From Eledone cirrhosa (Eukaryota): a stretch of 64,000 nucleotides of DNA. This document shows positions 12,698 to 26,396 of the stretch, piece by piece. Where the stretch lies: NCBI GenBank assembly GCA_964016885.1, contig OZ024766.1, forward strand, positions 4,712,001 to 4,776,000, read 5' to 3'. A program made the position numbers and the translations under genes. The notes below the pieces were generated by a model. The model worked only from the letters and a program-made list of their open reading frames with translations. It ran no database searches and was not told the origin of the DNA. The first letter of the stretch is position 1. The number at the start of each line of letters is the position of its first letter.

Positions 12698-13482
12698 ACA
12701 CACATATATATACATACATATATATATATATATTTATTAAAATAACAGATTTTAGTCTTCAAATTTATAATTGTTACTATTAATACATGGTGGCTGCCAA
12801 CTCGTTTTCGAGTATGGCCACTACTTGACATTCAAGTTAGGACCCTCTGGGTCCTAACTTGAATGTCAAGTCCCTTACAAGGGACCCCATAGATGTAACC
12901 TTTAGAAAATGGTCTGAAAAAATTAGTCTTTGCACGAGTCTATAAAATGTGTGTTTATGTGTATATATGTGTGTGTGCGCGTAGTTGCATTCCCGCTTAT
13001 TTCGATTATATGTGTGTGTATATATGTGTATGTATATATATATATGTGTGTATATATATGTATGTATGTATATATATATGTGTGTATATATATGTGTGTA
13101 TATATATATGTGTGTGTATATATATGTGTGTATATATATATATGTGTGTGTGTATATATATGTGTGTATATATATATATGTGTATATATATATGTGTGTA
13201 TATATATGTGTGTATATATATATGTGTGTATATATATGTGTGTATATATATGTGTGTATATATATATATGTGTGTATATATATGTGTGTATATATATGTA
13301 TGTATATGTATGTGTGTATATATATGTATGTATATGTATGTGTGTATATATATGTATGTATATGTATGTGTGTATATATATATGTGTGTATATATATGTG
13401 TGTATATATATGTATGTATATGTATGTATATGTATGTGTGTATATATATGTATGTATATGTATGTGTGTATTATTATTATTA

Positions 13483-15575
13483 TTTTGTTGAAAGATGGGT
13501 GAGAGAGGCAAGAATGGGCCGAGTGAATGGACCTACTCTGAGTATGTGCCTGTAAATTGAAGGTGGAAAGCTGGGAGAGGGCACTTGCCCTGGTGGTCAG
13601 GGTCACCGTAGCTTTTTTAATGGGCTTTCTCCACGAATGTCCCTCGGAAGTCTCCCCCCTATTGGGGAATTTTTCCTTGTTTCTTTTTTTGTTACATGCA
13701 GAAATCCCCATTTGTACTGTCCTGTAATGTCCTGTATTGTCCTCTATTGTCCTGTACTGTCCTGTACTGTCCTGTATTGTCCTGTATTGTCCTGTATTGT
13801 CCTGTATTGTCCTCTATTGTCCTGTACTGTCCTGTATTGTCCTGTACTGTCCTGTACTGTCCTGTATTGTCCTGTATTGTCCTGTGTTGTCCTGTAGTGT
13901 CCTGTATTGTCCTGTACTGTCCTGTACTGTCCTGTACTGTCCTGTATTGTCCTCTATTGTCCTGTACTGTCCTCTATTGTCCTGTACTGTCCTGTACTGT
14001 CCTGTATTGTCCTGTATTGTCCTGTATTGTCCTGTATTGTCCTGTATTGTCCTGTACTGTCCTGTACTGTCCTTTACTGTCCTGTACTGTCCTGTACTGT
14101 CCTGTAATGTCCTGTATTGTCCTCTATTGTCCTGTACTGTCCTCTATTGTCCTGTACTGTCCTGTACTGTCCTCTATTGTCCTGTACTGTCCTGTATTGT
14201 CCTGTACTGTCCTGTACTGTCCTTTACTGTCCTGTACTGTCCTGTAATGTCCTGTATTGTCCTCTACTGTCCTCTATTGTCCTGTACAGTCCTGTACTGT
14301 CCTGTACTGTCCTGTATTGTCCTGTATTGCCCTCTATTGTCCTGTACTGTCTTGTATTGCCCTGTGTTGTCCTGTACTGTCCTGTACTGTTCTGTATTGT
14401 CCTGTACTGTCCTGTGTTGTCCTGTAGTGTCCTGTATTGTCCTCTATTGTCCTGTACTGTCCTCTATTGTCCTGTACAGTCCTGTACAGTCCTGTACTGT
14501 CTGTATTGTCCTGTACTGTCCTCTATTGTCCTGTATTGTCCTGTATTGTCCTCTATTGTCCTGTATTGTCCTGTATTGCCCTGTGTTGTCCTGTACTGTC
14601 CTGTACTGTTCTGTATTGTCCTGTACTGTCCTCTATTGTCCTGTACTGTCCTCTATTGTCCTGTATTGTCCTGTATTGCCCTGTGTTGTCCTGTACTGTT
14701 CTGTATTGTCCTGTACTGTCCTATGTTGTCCTGTAGTGTCCTGTATTGTCCTGTATTGTTCTGTATTGTCCTGTACTGTCCTCTATTGTCCTGTATTGTC
14801 CTCTACTGTCCTCTATTGTCCTGTACAGTCCTGTACTGTCCTGTACTGTCCTGTATTGTCCTGTATTGCCCTCTATTGTCCTGTACTGTCTTGTATTGCC
14901 CTGTGTTGTCCTGTACTGTCCTGTACTGTTCTGTATTGTCCTGTACTGTCCTGTGTTGTCCTGTAGTGTCCTGTATTGTCCTCTATTGTCCTGTACTGTC
15001 CTCTATTGTCCTGTACAGTCCTGTACAGTCCTGTACTGTCTGTATTGTCCTGTACTGTCCTCTATTGTCCTGTATTGTCCTGTATTGTCCTCTATTGTCC
15101 TGTATTGTCCTGTATTGCCCTGTGTTGTCCTGTACTGTCCTGTACTGTTCTGTATTGTCCTGTACTGTCCTCTATTGTCCTGTACTGTCCTCTATTGTCC
15201 TGTATTGTCCTGTATTGCCCTGTGTTGTCCTGTACTGTTCTGTATTGTCCTGTACTGTCCTATGTTGTCCTGTAGTGTCCTGTATTGTCCTGTATTGTTC
15301 TGTATTGTCCTGTACTGTCCTCTATTGTCCTGTACTGTCCTGTACTGTCTGTATTGTCCTGTACTGTCCTCTATTGTCCTGTACTGTCCTGTAATGTCCT
15401 GTATTGTCCTCTACTGTCCTCTATTGTCCTGTATTGCCCTGTGTTGTCCTGTACTGTCCTGTACTGTTCTGTATTGTCATGTATTGTCCTTAATGTCTTA
15501 CTTTGTGTAAACTCTTGCAGTTAATAAAGAAAGCTTTATTATTATTATATTATTATTAGTATTATTATTATTATC
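13483..15575 (+). mobile_element. L1/Tx1-like LINE 3' end whose UTR contains a 1.77-kb 10-bp array (TGTCCTGTAY, ~13715-15490)
   Basis: [23 protein letters not shown]-stop, UTR, AATAAA and (ATT)n tail; homologous to 52778-53520; clade assignment tentative. Confidence 0.7.
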
Positions 15576-15925
15576 GTTTTCTTTTTGCAGGTTTCCCAGA
15601 ATTACATTTTTGCTGAACCAATGAAGTACCAGTGATATAAGTGGGGCTATTTTCATATGTTGAATTGGTTAGTTCCTGTCAAGTTCTGTCCAGTCCAGTC
15701 CAGATCAAATTTTATCTATCAGCCCCATCCTTCCGTCCTGTACCCTCCCCCCTTTCCCTTCAATTCATTTCCTGGGGGAGGGGGAAAACAAATAAAATGG
15801 GGGGAGAGAGTGTGCAGTGACTGTAGCGGGGAAAGTGTTGTTGTTAGATATAAAATACCAGTTTTATACTGGGGTTGATTTCCTCAGAATAACCGACATA
15901 TATATACATGTATATATATAGATAG

Positions 15926-16046
<121 letters not shown>

Positions 16047-16544
16047 CATATATATAGATATACATATCTATATATAGATATACATATCTATATATAGATA
16101 TACATATCTATATATATAGATATACATATCTATATATATATAGAGAGAGATTTACATATATATATATAGAGAGAGAGAGAGATTTACATATATATATATA
16201 TATATAGATTTACATATATTTATATTTATATATAGATATACATATATATATATAGATATACATATATAGATATACATATATATATATAGATATACATATA
16301 TATATATATATAGATATACATATATATATATATAGAGATATACATATATATATATATAGAGAGAGAGATATACATATATATATAGAGATATACATATATA
16401 TATATATAAAGATATATATATATATATATAGATATACATATATATATATATATATGTACATAAATATATATATATATATATATATGTACATATATATATT
16501 ATTTATATATATATAGTTATGTAATAAACAACATAAGGCAATTA

Positions 16545-16605
16545 TTTCATTTACCAGTGGTTTCTTAAAAGCAAACAAATTTTTCTTTCAATCATCAGAA
16601 TGAAA
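16545..16605 (-). ncRNA. Type I hammerhead ribozyme motif (H3)
   Basis: TTTCATT-CTGATGA-stem II-GAAA-CC/ACT/GG-TA^AATGAAA; homologous to 47634-47694. Confidence 0.72.
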
Positions 16606-16739
16606 AATTCCTGGTGTATTTATTGACAGTGGATTTTAAAAACAAAAATATAATCTATATGAAAGTGAGGCTGGAAAAGGAAGAAGGAAAGGAAAAATAA
16701 ACACACATGCACATGCACACATCATCATCATCATCATCT

Positions 16740-17326
16740 CATCATTTCATTTTACGTCCACTTTTCCCTGCTTGCAAGGGTGGGACGGGAACTGATTCTG
16801 GCTTGATCTCTACAGCTGGATGCCCTTCCTAACACCAACCTCATTTACAGTGAGTGCTGGGTGCTTTTTTGCCGTGGCACCTCCACGACCACTTTGTAGT
16901 GGAATGATAGGGACCCCAGTCCCTATCATCTCATTTCTACAGCTGGATGCCCTTCCTAACACCAACCTCATTTACAGTGAGTGCTGGGTGCTTTTTTGCC
17001 ATGGCACCTCCACGTCCACTTTGTAGTGGAATGATAGGGACCCCAGTCCCTATCATCTCATTTCTACAGCTGGATGCCCTTCCTAACACCAACCTCATTT
17101 ACAGTGAGTGCTCGGTGCTTTTTTGCCATGGCACCTCCACGTCCACTTTGTAGTGGAATGATAGGGACCCCAGTCCCTATCATCTCATTTCTACAGCTGA
17201 GTAAACTGGAGCAATGTGAAATAAAGTGTCTTGCTCAAGGAAACAACACATCACCCGGTCTGAGAATTGAACTCACAACCTTTCGATTGCAAGGCCAATG
17301 CTCTAACCACTAAGCCATGTGCCTCC
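16740..17326 (-). mobile_element. SINE A with three 127-bp internal tandem units
   Basis: ORF offsets 16820/16947/17074; tRNA head at right end. Confidence 0.85.
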
Positions 17327-18452
17327 ACACACAATTATATATATACACATATATATACATACACACATACATACACACACACATATACATTAAGCTCTGT
17401 TACCTACATAGAGCACTCTTTTTTCCTGGACCTTTCCGACAGAATTACTTCATTCACACATATATATATATATATACACACATATATATATACACACACA
17501 CATATATATATATATACACACATATATATATATACATACACACATATATATACACACATATATATATACACACACATATATATATAAATAAGTATATATT
17601 AAAGAGTTAAACAATAATGAATAAGTATAGAGATATCCGGGTTCAATCGGGTGCAATCTCTCCCTCCCTTCACGCCGACCTAGATTACTAAAATTATCTG
17701 ATGACTTCTCTATAAACTGATTGTTTAACTTAACACTGATCATCATTATAACTTGATTGCTAAAACAACTGATCTCATCTTAGAATAGATTGCTTGACAA
17801 TCAGTTAACAATCTATGTAGTAAACTGATTGCTTATTTTATTTATCACTTATATAAGTGTGATTGATTGTTTAACCTGGATTCTGGATTGCTAACCAATT
17901 GTTTTCATAAAGTGATTGTTTATTTAAAACAAAAATGAAATGGCCATCTGTCCCTCTCCATTTGGATAGTTAAAATATCTGATGACTTCTGTAAACTGAT
18001 TGTTTAATTTAACTTGATTGCTAAATCACAACTGATCTCATCTTATAATGCATTTTTTGTTAAACATAGCAATCCGGATTGTTAACCGATTGCTTATTTA
18101 AACTAGTCATCTCTAAAATAACAAAACCATGGATTGTTTATTGAAAATAATGTGGATTGTTAACTGTGGATTAACCGATTGTTTTAAATGGATCACTACA
18201 GAATGTGGATTGTTTATTAACTCTGACCTGACCATCACTAATTTCTGGATTGCTTATTAGATAGGCCATCTTTGTATTCGGATTGTTAAAACAACTATCC
18301 TCTTCTTTAAATATGGATTGTTTATATTAAAAGTAAAATCTGGATTGTTAAGCAATTGTTTAATGGATTGCATATTTAAAGTGATTGCTTATATAAATGG
18401 ATTGCTTATACCTGTGTCCTGTCGTTTGAGCAGTCATTTTGAGCGATGCCTA

Positions 18453-19302
18453 TTAACCCCTTAACATTTAAACCAACCATATCCGGGCAGAACCCTCTCA
18501 CCTCTTTCTGTTCTAACTGGCCACTCATACTTATGTTAAGGTATTGTTCTCAAAATAAATAACATCAAAATCTTATAGATTTGATATTATGTGAAGTAAA
18601 GTCTTTACTCTATATATACTATTGTATTTTCATGGTAATGTAAATGTTATGTGAGATATTATGTGAGGTAAAGCCTTTACTGTGAAAATACAATAGTATA
18701 TATAGAGTAATGTAAATGTTATGTGAGATATTATGTGAGGTAAAGCCTTTACTATGAAAATACAATAGTATATATAGAGTAATGTAAATATTATGTGAGA
18801 TATTATGTGAGGTAAAGCCTTTACTGTGAAAATACAATAGTATATATAGAGTAATGTAAATGTTATGTGAGATATTATGTGAGGTAAAGCCTTTACTGTG
18901 AAAATACAATAGTATATATAGAGTAATGTAAATGTTATGTGAGATATTATGTAAGGTAAAGCCTTTACTGTGAAAATACAATAGTATATATAGAGTAATG
19001 TAAATGTTATGTGAGATATTATGTGAGGTAAAACCTTTACTGTGAAAATACAATAGTATATATAGAGTAATGTAAATGTTATGAGATATTATGTGAGGTG
19101 AAGCCTTTACTGTGAAAATACAATAGTATATATAGAGTAATGTAAATGTTATGTGAGATATTATGTGAGGTAAAACCTTTACTGTGAAAATACAATAGTA
19201 TATATAGAGTAATGTAAATGTTATGAGATATTATGTGAGGTGAAGCCTTTACTGTGAAAATACAATAGTATATATAGAGTAATGCAAATGCTAAAGGGTT
19301 AA
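18453..19302. mobile_element. piggyBac-like MITE (TTAA ends) with internal 72-bp tandem array (~9 copies)
   Basis: Left end TTAACCCCTTAACATTT and right end AAATGCTAAAGGGTTAA form imperfect TIRs; 24-aa periodicity in ORF 18619-19053. Confidence 0.75.
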
Positions 19303-19919
19303 ACGATATCAGTTTGAGTGAACCCCAAGCTGTTTTTTTAAAGATGCTTTGAGCAAAGCAGATAAAAATAAAAATATACTTGAAATATACTAAAAATCTA
19401 CAATTTATTTTCTACAAAAAATTATTAAAAAATCGACATTTTATGGTAGAAAGAACTAAAAATTCACAAATTTTAAGGTAGAAAAAATTAATTCTAGAGA
19501 ATATATTTCACTTAAAATTACTTTGCTCAGAATGAATGGAGCCCTTTTATTTACATTGACCACGGATTGTTAACAAATAACAGAACCAATCTTTAAATGG
19601 ATTGCTTATTCTTATTAAAAACATTTTGGATGATTGATTAAATGTATTGTTTATTAAAAAAAGATATCTTGTTATTTGCATTGTTAAAACAAATCATCTG
19701 TTCTGTGGATATATTGATTGTTAAAAATAAACATCTGAATTATTAACCAGATCTGCAGGCAGTAGAAGTCCAGTCAAGACAGTTTACAAGGTGGGTTAGC
19801 TTCCCTACCTTCCCTGTTTGACCATCTATGTCAGCAAAAGGTAAGTTCATAAGTGCTGATTGTCCCTTTAGGGTTTCCAGTGATTCTGTCATAATCCTCA
19901 TATATTATCATCATCATCA

Positions 19920-20615
19920 TCATTTTACATCCACTTTTCCCTGCTTGCAAGGGTGGGACGGGTCTTATTCAGGCTTGATCTCTACAGCTGGATGCCCTTC
20001 CTAACACCAACCTCATTTACAGTGAGTGCTGGGTGCTTTTTTGCCGTGGCACCTCCACATCCACTTTACAGTGGAATGATAGGGACCCCAGTCCCTATCA
20101 TCTCATTTCTACAGCTGGATGCCCTTCCTAACACCAACCTCATTTACAGCGAGTGCTGGGTGCTTTTTTGCCGTGGCACCTCCACGACCACTTTGCAGTG
20201 GAATGATAGGGACCCCAGTCCCTATCATCTCATTTCTACAGCTGGATGCCCTTCCTAACACCAACCTCATTTACAGTGAGTGCTGGGTGCTTTTTTGCCG
20301 TGGCACCTCCACATCCACTTTACAGTGGAATGATAGGGACCCCAGTCCCTATCATCTCATTTCTACAGCTGGATGCCCTTCCTAACACCAACCTCATTTA
20401 CAGCGAGTGCTGGGTGCTTTTTTGCCGTGGCACCTCCACGACCACTTTGCAGTGGAATGATAGGGACCCCAGTCCCTATCATCTCATTTCTACAGCTGAG
20501 TAAACTGGAGCAATGTGAAATAAAATGTCTTGCTCAAGGAAACAACACATCACCCGGTCTGAGAATTGAACTCACAACCTTTCGATTGCAAGGCCAATTC
20601 TCTAACCACTAAGCC
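19920..20615 (-). mobile_element. SINE A with four 127-bp internal tandem units
   Basis: Same unit as 16740-17326, with alternating variants. Confidence 0.85.
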
Positions 20616-20787
20616 ATCATCAGCATCATCATCGTTTAACGTCCATCTTCGATGCTCGCATGGGTCTGGACGGGAATTGTCCCATTTGAGGCAAGATTGG
20701 TTGTCTACCTCGGGACTGTCTGGCGGGTTTTCTACGGCTGGATGCCCTTCCTAACACCAACCACGTTTACAGTGTGGGCATATATAA

Positions 20788-20819
<32 letters not shown>

Positions 20820-21034
20820 ATATATATATAATATATATATAAAATATATATATATATATATATTTATATATAATATATATAAAAATATATATATATATAT
20901 ATTTATATATAATATATATATATATTTATATATATAAAATATATATATATAATATATTTATATATATAAAATATATATATATAATATATATATACAATAT
21001 ATATATACAATATATAAATAATATATATATATAT

Positions 21035-21678
21035 AAGGGAAAAATTAGAAATAAGAGGGATCAGATGTTGTTTACTCGAGAGAAGACTACGTTGGTACGG
21101 TCACGTGATGCGCATGAAAGACGACAGCTGTATAAAAAAAGTGCAGGGCAATAAAAATAGACGGTAGCCACGGAGTAGGCAGACCCAGAAAAACCTGGGA
21201 CGACTTGATAAATTCCGACCTCACACACTTACACCTCTCCAAGACAATGTCACTGGGCCGAGATCTTTGGCGCTACACAGTAATAGAGAAGACCCGCCTT
21301 ACCTAAATACAAAGTGAAACCTACTACAGTCAGTAGGCACCTCTAACAAAATACACCCCCGTCCCACTACCCGCACCCCAGCTTTCAATGTAAAGTTATC
21401 TTGGTACCACAACATCCAGCCCGAAACAAATGAGGTCGTGTAGGTGTCACGAGAAAAAAACACACAGTCCACGCTGTAATGTGGCCGTGTAGGTAACACG
21501 GTAAAAACCTCCCAGTTCTACACTGTAAATGTGGTTGGTGTTAGGAAGGGCATCCAGCCGTAGAAAACCCGCCAGACAGTCCTATACGAGCAAGACAACC
21601 ACTCTTGCCTCAAGTGGGAAAACTCCCGTCCAAACCCATGGAATATGGACGTTAAACGATGATGATGATGATGATGAT
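21035..21678 (+). mobile_element. RTE-type LINE 3' fragment
   Basis: Encodes a degraded RLRWYGHVMRM...GRPRKTW; near-identical to 54343-55000; begins in (TA)n and ends in (GAT)n. Confidence 0.85.
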
Positions 21679-21828
21679 ATATAATATATAAATAATATAT
21701 ATATAATATATTTCGTTTCTGAATTTGTTTAGCAAGATTCTTTATCTGGTGCGTGTGTTTCTTATTGGCAACATGACCCTCCCAAAGTATAACAATATAT
21801 ATAATATATATATATATATAATATATGT

Positions 21829-21862
<34 letters not shown>

Positions 21863-22160
21863 ATATATATAATATATATATATATATATAAGAAAAGGGA
21901 TATTTAATTTGTTGGTAATTCAATAAATATATTTATAACAGATTTGAAGCCCTCGACCGACTTTCTGGAGTATAATATCAATGACATTAATAAATGGAAA
22001 CTATATCTATAAAACCATATTTATTCTATTATATATATTTCGGAGGTTTATATCGTGACAATATGTTACTTTTAATCGAAAACCATAGCAATAGCGAAAT
22101 TAACCAAACAAACCAAAATAACAATAATAATATTTCTAATAAACAATATTCATAATAATA

Positions 22161-22850
22161 ATTGTTTCTACTTTAGGCACAAGGCCAGCAATTACCCAGT
22201 GCATTACTGGTACTTTATTTTATCGACCCCGTAAGGATGAAAGGCAAAGTCAACCTCGGCGGGATTTGAACTCAGATCGTAAAGAGACGTAACTATGCTG
22301 GAAAGCATGGCGTCCACCCTGCCAATAACAAATAATTGTTTCTACTTTAGGCACAAGGCCAGCAAATACCCAGTGCATTACTGGTACTTTATTTTATCGA
22401 CCCCGTAAGGATGAAAGGCAAAGTCAACCTCGGCGGGATTTGAACTCAGATCGTAAAGAGACGTAACTATGCTGGAAAGCATGGCGTCCACCCTGCCAAT
22501 AACAAATAATTGTTTCTACTTTAGGCACAAGGCCAGCAAATACCCAGTGCATTACTGGTACTTTATTTTATCGACCCCGTAAGGATGAAAGGCAAAGTCA
22601 ACCTCGGCGGGATTTGAACTCAGATCGTAAAGGGACGTAACTATGCTGGAAAGCATGGCGTCCCACCCTGCCAATAACAAATAATTGTTTCTACTTTAGG
22701 CACAAGGCCGGCAATAAACCAGTGCATTACTGGTACTTTATTTTATCGACCCCGTAAGGATGAAAGGCAAAGTCAACCTCGGCGGGATTTGAACTCAGAT
22801 CGTAAAGGGACGTAACTATGCTGGAAAGCATGGCGTCCAACCCTGCCAAA
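22161..22850 (-). mobile_element. Four tandem 174-bp SINE B copies
   Basis: Unit starts at 22161, 22335, 22509 and 22684. Confidence 0.88.
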
Positions 22851-23156
22851 CAAATAATATTGGAGTTATCTTTTCCTTTACAATTAAGCAAACATAGATA
22901 TAACTTGTATGTTAAATTCTATGTAATTTCGCTAACTTAATAAAGTTCTGTAAATATTTTCAATTTTTTTATGAAACTATTTGAATCTACAAATTGTTCT
23001 TCTCTTAAATTTGAACTACGTTTTTTTCTTAAATATATATTTAAAATGAAAATTCAACATCCTTCGTAACTCATATTAGAAATGCAAAGAAATTAATACG
23101 TGTGTTATATCTATATAATCACCAATAATATTTATGTTTATACGCTTAATAATCTA

Positions 23157-23242
23157 TATTTATATACTTACAACCTGTTGTAAGATATTTATATACTTAC
23201 AACCTGTTGTAAGATATTTATATACTTACAACCTGTTGTAAA
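23157..23242. repeat. Three 29-bp direct repeats, each with an internal palindrome CTTACAAC-CT-GTTGTAAG
   Basis: Seen directly. Confidence 0.85.
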
Positions 23243-23712
23243 ATAATAAGGTAAAATGTACTTACAACCACAATTCTTCATATAATCGAATTGTAATGAT
23301 TATATATTCCACCACGATATTCCACAACATTCACAATCTTTTTAAATTCACGTACGCAGTAGTAATATAAATACAAACTTTTCTTTCTTCTTCCTATATT
23401 TACATATATATCCTAATAATTATTTAAATCTACCTAATGTCTAAAAATAACGTTTTTTTCAGCACTACGACTCAACCTTATTTGCATATTGATTAAAATC
23501 ATTTGAAATATTTTTTCCTCTCGTCCGCTTTTTCTCTCTTTCCTTTCACTGTCCAGCTGAAACTTGGATATGTCAATATTTATAAAACAAACTTTGTATT
23601 TTATCTGATGAGTGCGTACGAAAGTTTTGGTACCCTTCGAATTCGAATGTATATAATAGAAAAAATATGGTTTTATAAATATATATATAGTTTCCATTTA
23701 TTACGAGCACTG

Positions 23713-23786
<74 letters not shown>

Positions 23787-23814
23787 ATTAATATATATAG
23801 ATATATACATATTA

Positions 23815-23848
<34 letters not shown>

Positions 23849-23940
23849 ATATTTATATATATGTATATATATATATATATATATATAATGATTTGAGGGA
23901 TTAAATGAAAACAATAAGCCCATAAATAATGTTCGTTTTC

Positions 23941-23976
23941 TTTATTTTATTTCAGGAAATTATAATTTATTTTATT
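23941..23976 (-). terminator. Candidate polyadenylation signals of the LLTP gene
   Basis: Several AATAAA hexamers on the minus strand downstream of the stop, followed by T-rich sequence. Confidence 0.55.
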
Positions 23977-24067
23977 TAATATATTAAAATATTAAGGGTT
24001 GAGAGTATTCCGGGTTCAGAGTTTTTAGGGGTTGTTTTGTTTAGGGTCCTTGTTCCTTTACATCATT

Positions 24068-24084
24068 TCATTGAGTCGGTCGGC
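24068..24084 (-). CDS. LLTP terminal coding exon (SRPTQ-stop)
   Basis: Strong pyrimidine tract plus CCAG acceptor, phase 1 match, TGA at 24070-24068, AATAAA signals about 100-130 nt downstream. Confidence 0.7.
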
Positions 24085-24172
24085 CTGGTGTAAAAAAGAA
24101 TAAAAATTGTTTCAATATATATATATATACATGCATATATGTATGTATGTAAATATATATATGTATATACAT

Positions 24173-24237
<65 letters not shown>

Positions 24238-24374
24238 CACACACATATATATATATATACATACATACAAACATATATATATATATTTATATATATATAC
24301 ATACACACATATATATGTGTGTGTTTGTATGTGCGTACATATATATGTGTATAGATATATATAGCTAGATCGAC

Positions 24375-24428
<54 letters not shown>

Positions 24429-24498
24429 GGGTATATAGATAGATCAACAGATAGATATATACACACATTCATATATTCATATCTACATAGATACATAC

Positions 24499-24741
<243 letters not shown>

Positions 24742-24742
24742 C

Positions 24743-24817
<75 letters not shown>

Positions 24818-24900
24818 TATATACCGTTAAAAGAAGAAGAAGTTGACAGAGAAGTGAAAGACAGAAGAAGAAGAAGAACGCGTAGAGTTACTATACTCAC

Positions 24901-25045
24901 TACATCGTGGTAGTTCAGTCATATAAACTCCTTGTTTTTCACAATGTTCGATGTAATAGTGACTCAAGTCACAGACATTCTTTCTCTCAGTCCCATGGTG
25001 GTAAGCGTGGCTGTTACAAACGGAGAAGAAATGAGCTGGGTTCAC
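24901..25045 (-). CDS. LLTP exon 13, C8 domain
   Basis: TTCAG acceptor, [10 protein letters not shown]...VC...[15 protein letters not shown] donor; phases 0/1. Confidence 0.88.
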
Positions 25046-25284
25046 CTGAATCAAAGACAGATATTACATATTAGAATTTGTTATAGCTGAGTGGTAAGAG
25101 AATTAGATTTGTAATCATGAGGTTGTTAGTGAGTTCGAATCCTGGACTGGGTAATGTGTTATGTCCTTGAGCAAGACACTTTATTTCCCGTTGCTCCTTC
25201 TACCTGGAGTTGCGACTGCTAGATAGTATTAGCAACTGGAAACATTGTTTCCTCGGTCCAATCTGACAAAAGTTGACCAATTGC

Positions 25285-25359
<75 letters not shown>

Positions 25360-25363
<4 letters not shown>

Positions 25364-25576
25364 CACATGGCTTAGTGGTTAAAGCATTGGCCTTGCAATC
25401 GAAAGGTTGTGAGTTCAATTCTCAGACCGGGTGATTTGTTGTTTCCTTGAGCAAGACACTTTATTTCACATTGCTCCAGTTTTCTCAGCTGTAGAAATGA
25501 GATGATAGGGACCCCAGTCCCTATCATTCCACTGCAAAGTGGACGTGGAGGTGCCACGGCAAAAAAGCACCCAGCA
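25360..25576 (+). mobile_element. SINE A, 3'-truncated
   Basis: A/B boxes and body match 3398-3740. Confidence 0.8.
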
Positions 25577-25828
25577 GGCAGGAAAGGCGAAGCGAAACAC
25601 AAAAATCAGAAATGATACTGGCAAAGTGCTCAATAGTTAAAAACCAGAGCTAAACTGAAAAGGTGGTCAAGAAGGCATTAACCACCCAAGGCAAAAACCT
25701 ACTGACCAATGAGAATTAAGATTATTCCTGCTGACAACATTAAAATATTCCTAACAAGCTCATATGTCCCAAGACTCTGATACCATCAACACTATACACA
25801 CAGAGCTGGCATATCTAAAAACTGACTA

Positions 25829-25884
25829 ACTGCCTGATGAGGTCATAGCCATCCAATGGCTATCATCGAAATATATATAGCAGT
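25829..25884 (+). ncRNA. Minimal type I hammerhead ribozyme motif (H4)
   Basis: ACTGC-CTGATGA-G..ATAGCCAT/CCA/ATGGCTAT..C-GAAA-T/ATAT/A-TA^GCAGT; canonical G10.1-C11.1 pair. Confidence 0.8.
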
Positions 25885-25933
25885 AAATAAAGGATTATGA
25901 GTTCATGCAATTGACTTATGTTTCGTCACTATA

Positions 25934-25972
<39 letters not shown>

Positions 25973-26141
25973 TGTTTCTACTTTAGGCACAAGGCCAGCA
26001 ATTACCCAGTACATTACTGGTACTTTATTTTATCGACCCCCGTAAGGATGAAAGGCAAAGTCAACCTCGGCGGGATATAATATATATATTATAATGAAAT
26101 GACAGGAGGCTGGACTTGTGTAAATCCTTGAAAGGTTTATT

Positions 26142-26199
26142 ATACTATGATCATTTCAATGACCGGGTTCCGTATGAATCCGGTGATGTCATCAGGTAT
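26142..26199 (-). ncRNA. Minimal type I hammerhead ribozyme motif (H5)
   Basis: ATAC-CTGATGA-stem II (ACCGG/CCGGT)-GAAA-T/GATC/A-TA^GTAT. Confidence 0.6.
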
Positions 26200-26307
26200 T
26201 CGAAATATAATAAGTGAATGTAATAGATAAAATCCATGGGGCTGAAAATCAAAGACCCAAGGAGGACCGCCATCCAGCATCTTCCACCTTTGCCGATCGC
26301 CCTCGAG

Positions 26308-26396
<89 letters not shown>

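Noticed and set aside
13696-15524. Cys-rich metallothionein- or keratin-associated-like ORFs
   Set aside because: All three frames give the same peptide from a 10-bp repeat inside a LINE UTR
17695-17995. Two CTGATGA motifs as hammerheads or C/D boxes
   Set aside because: No downstream GAAA with stems, and no convincing snoRNA terminal stem
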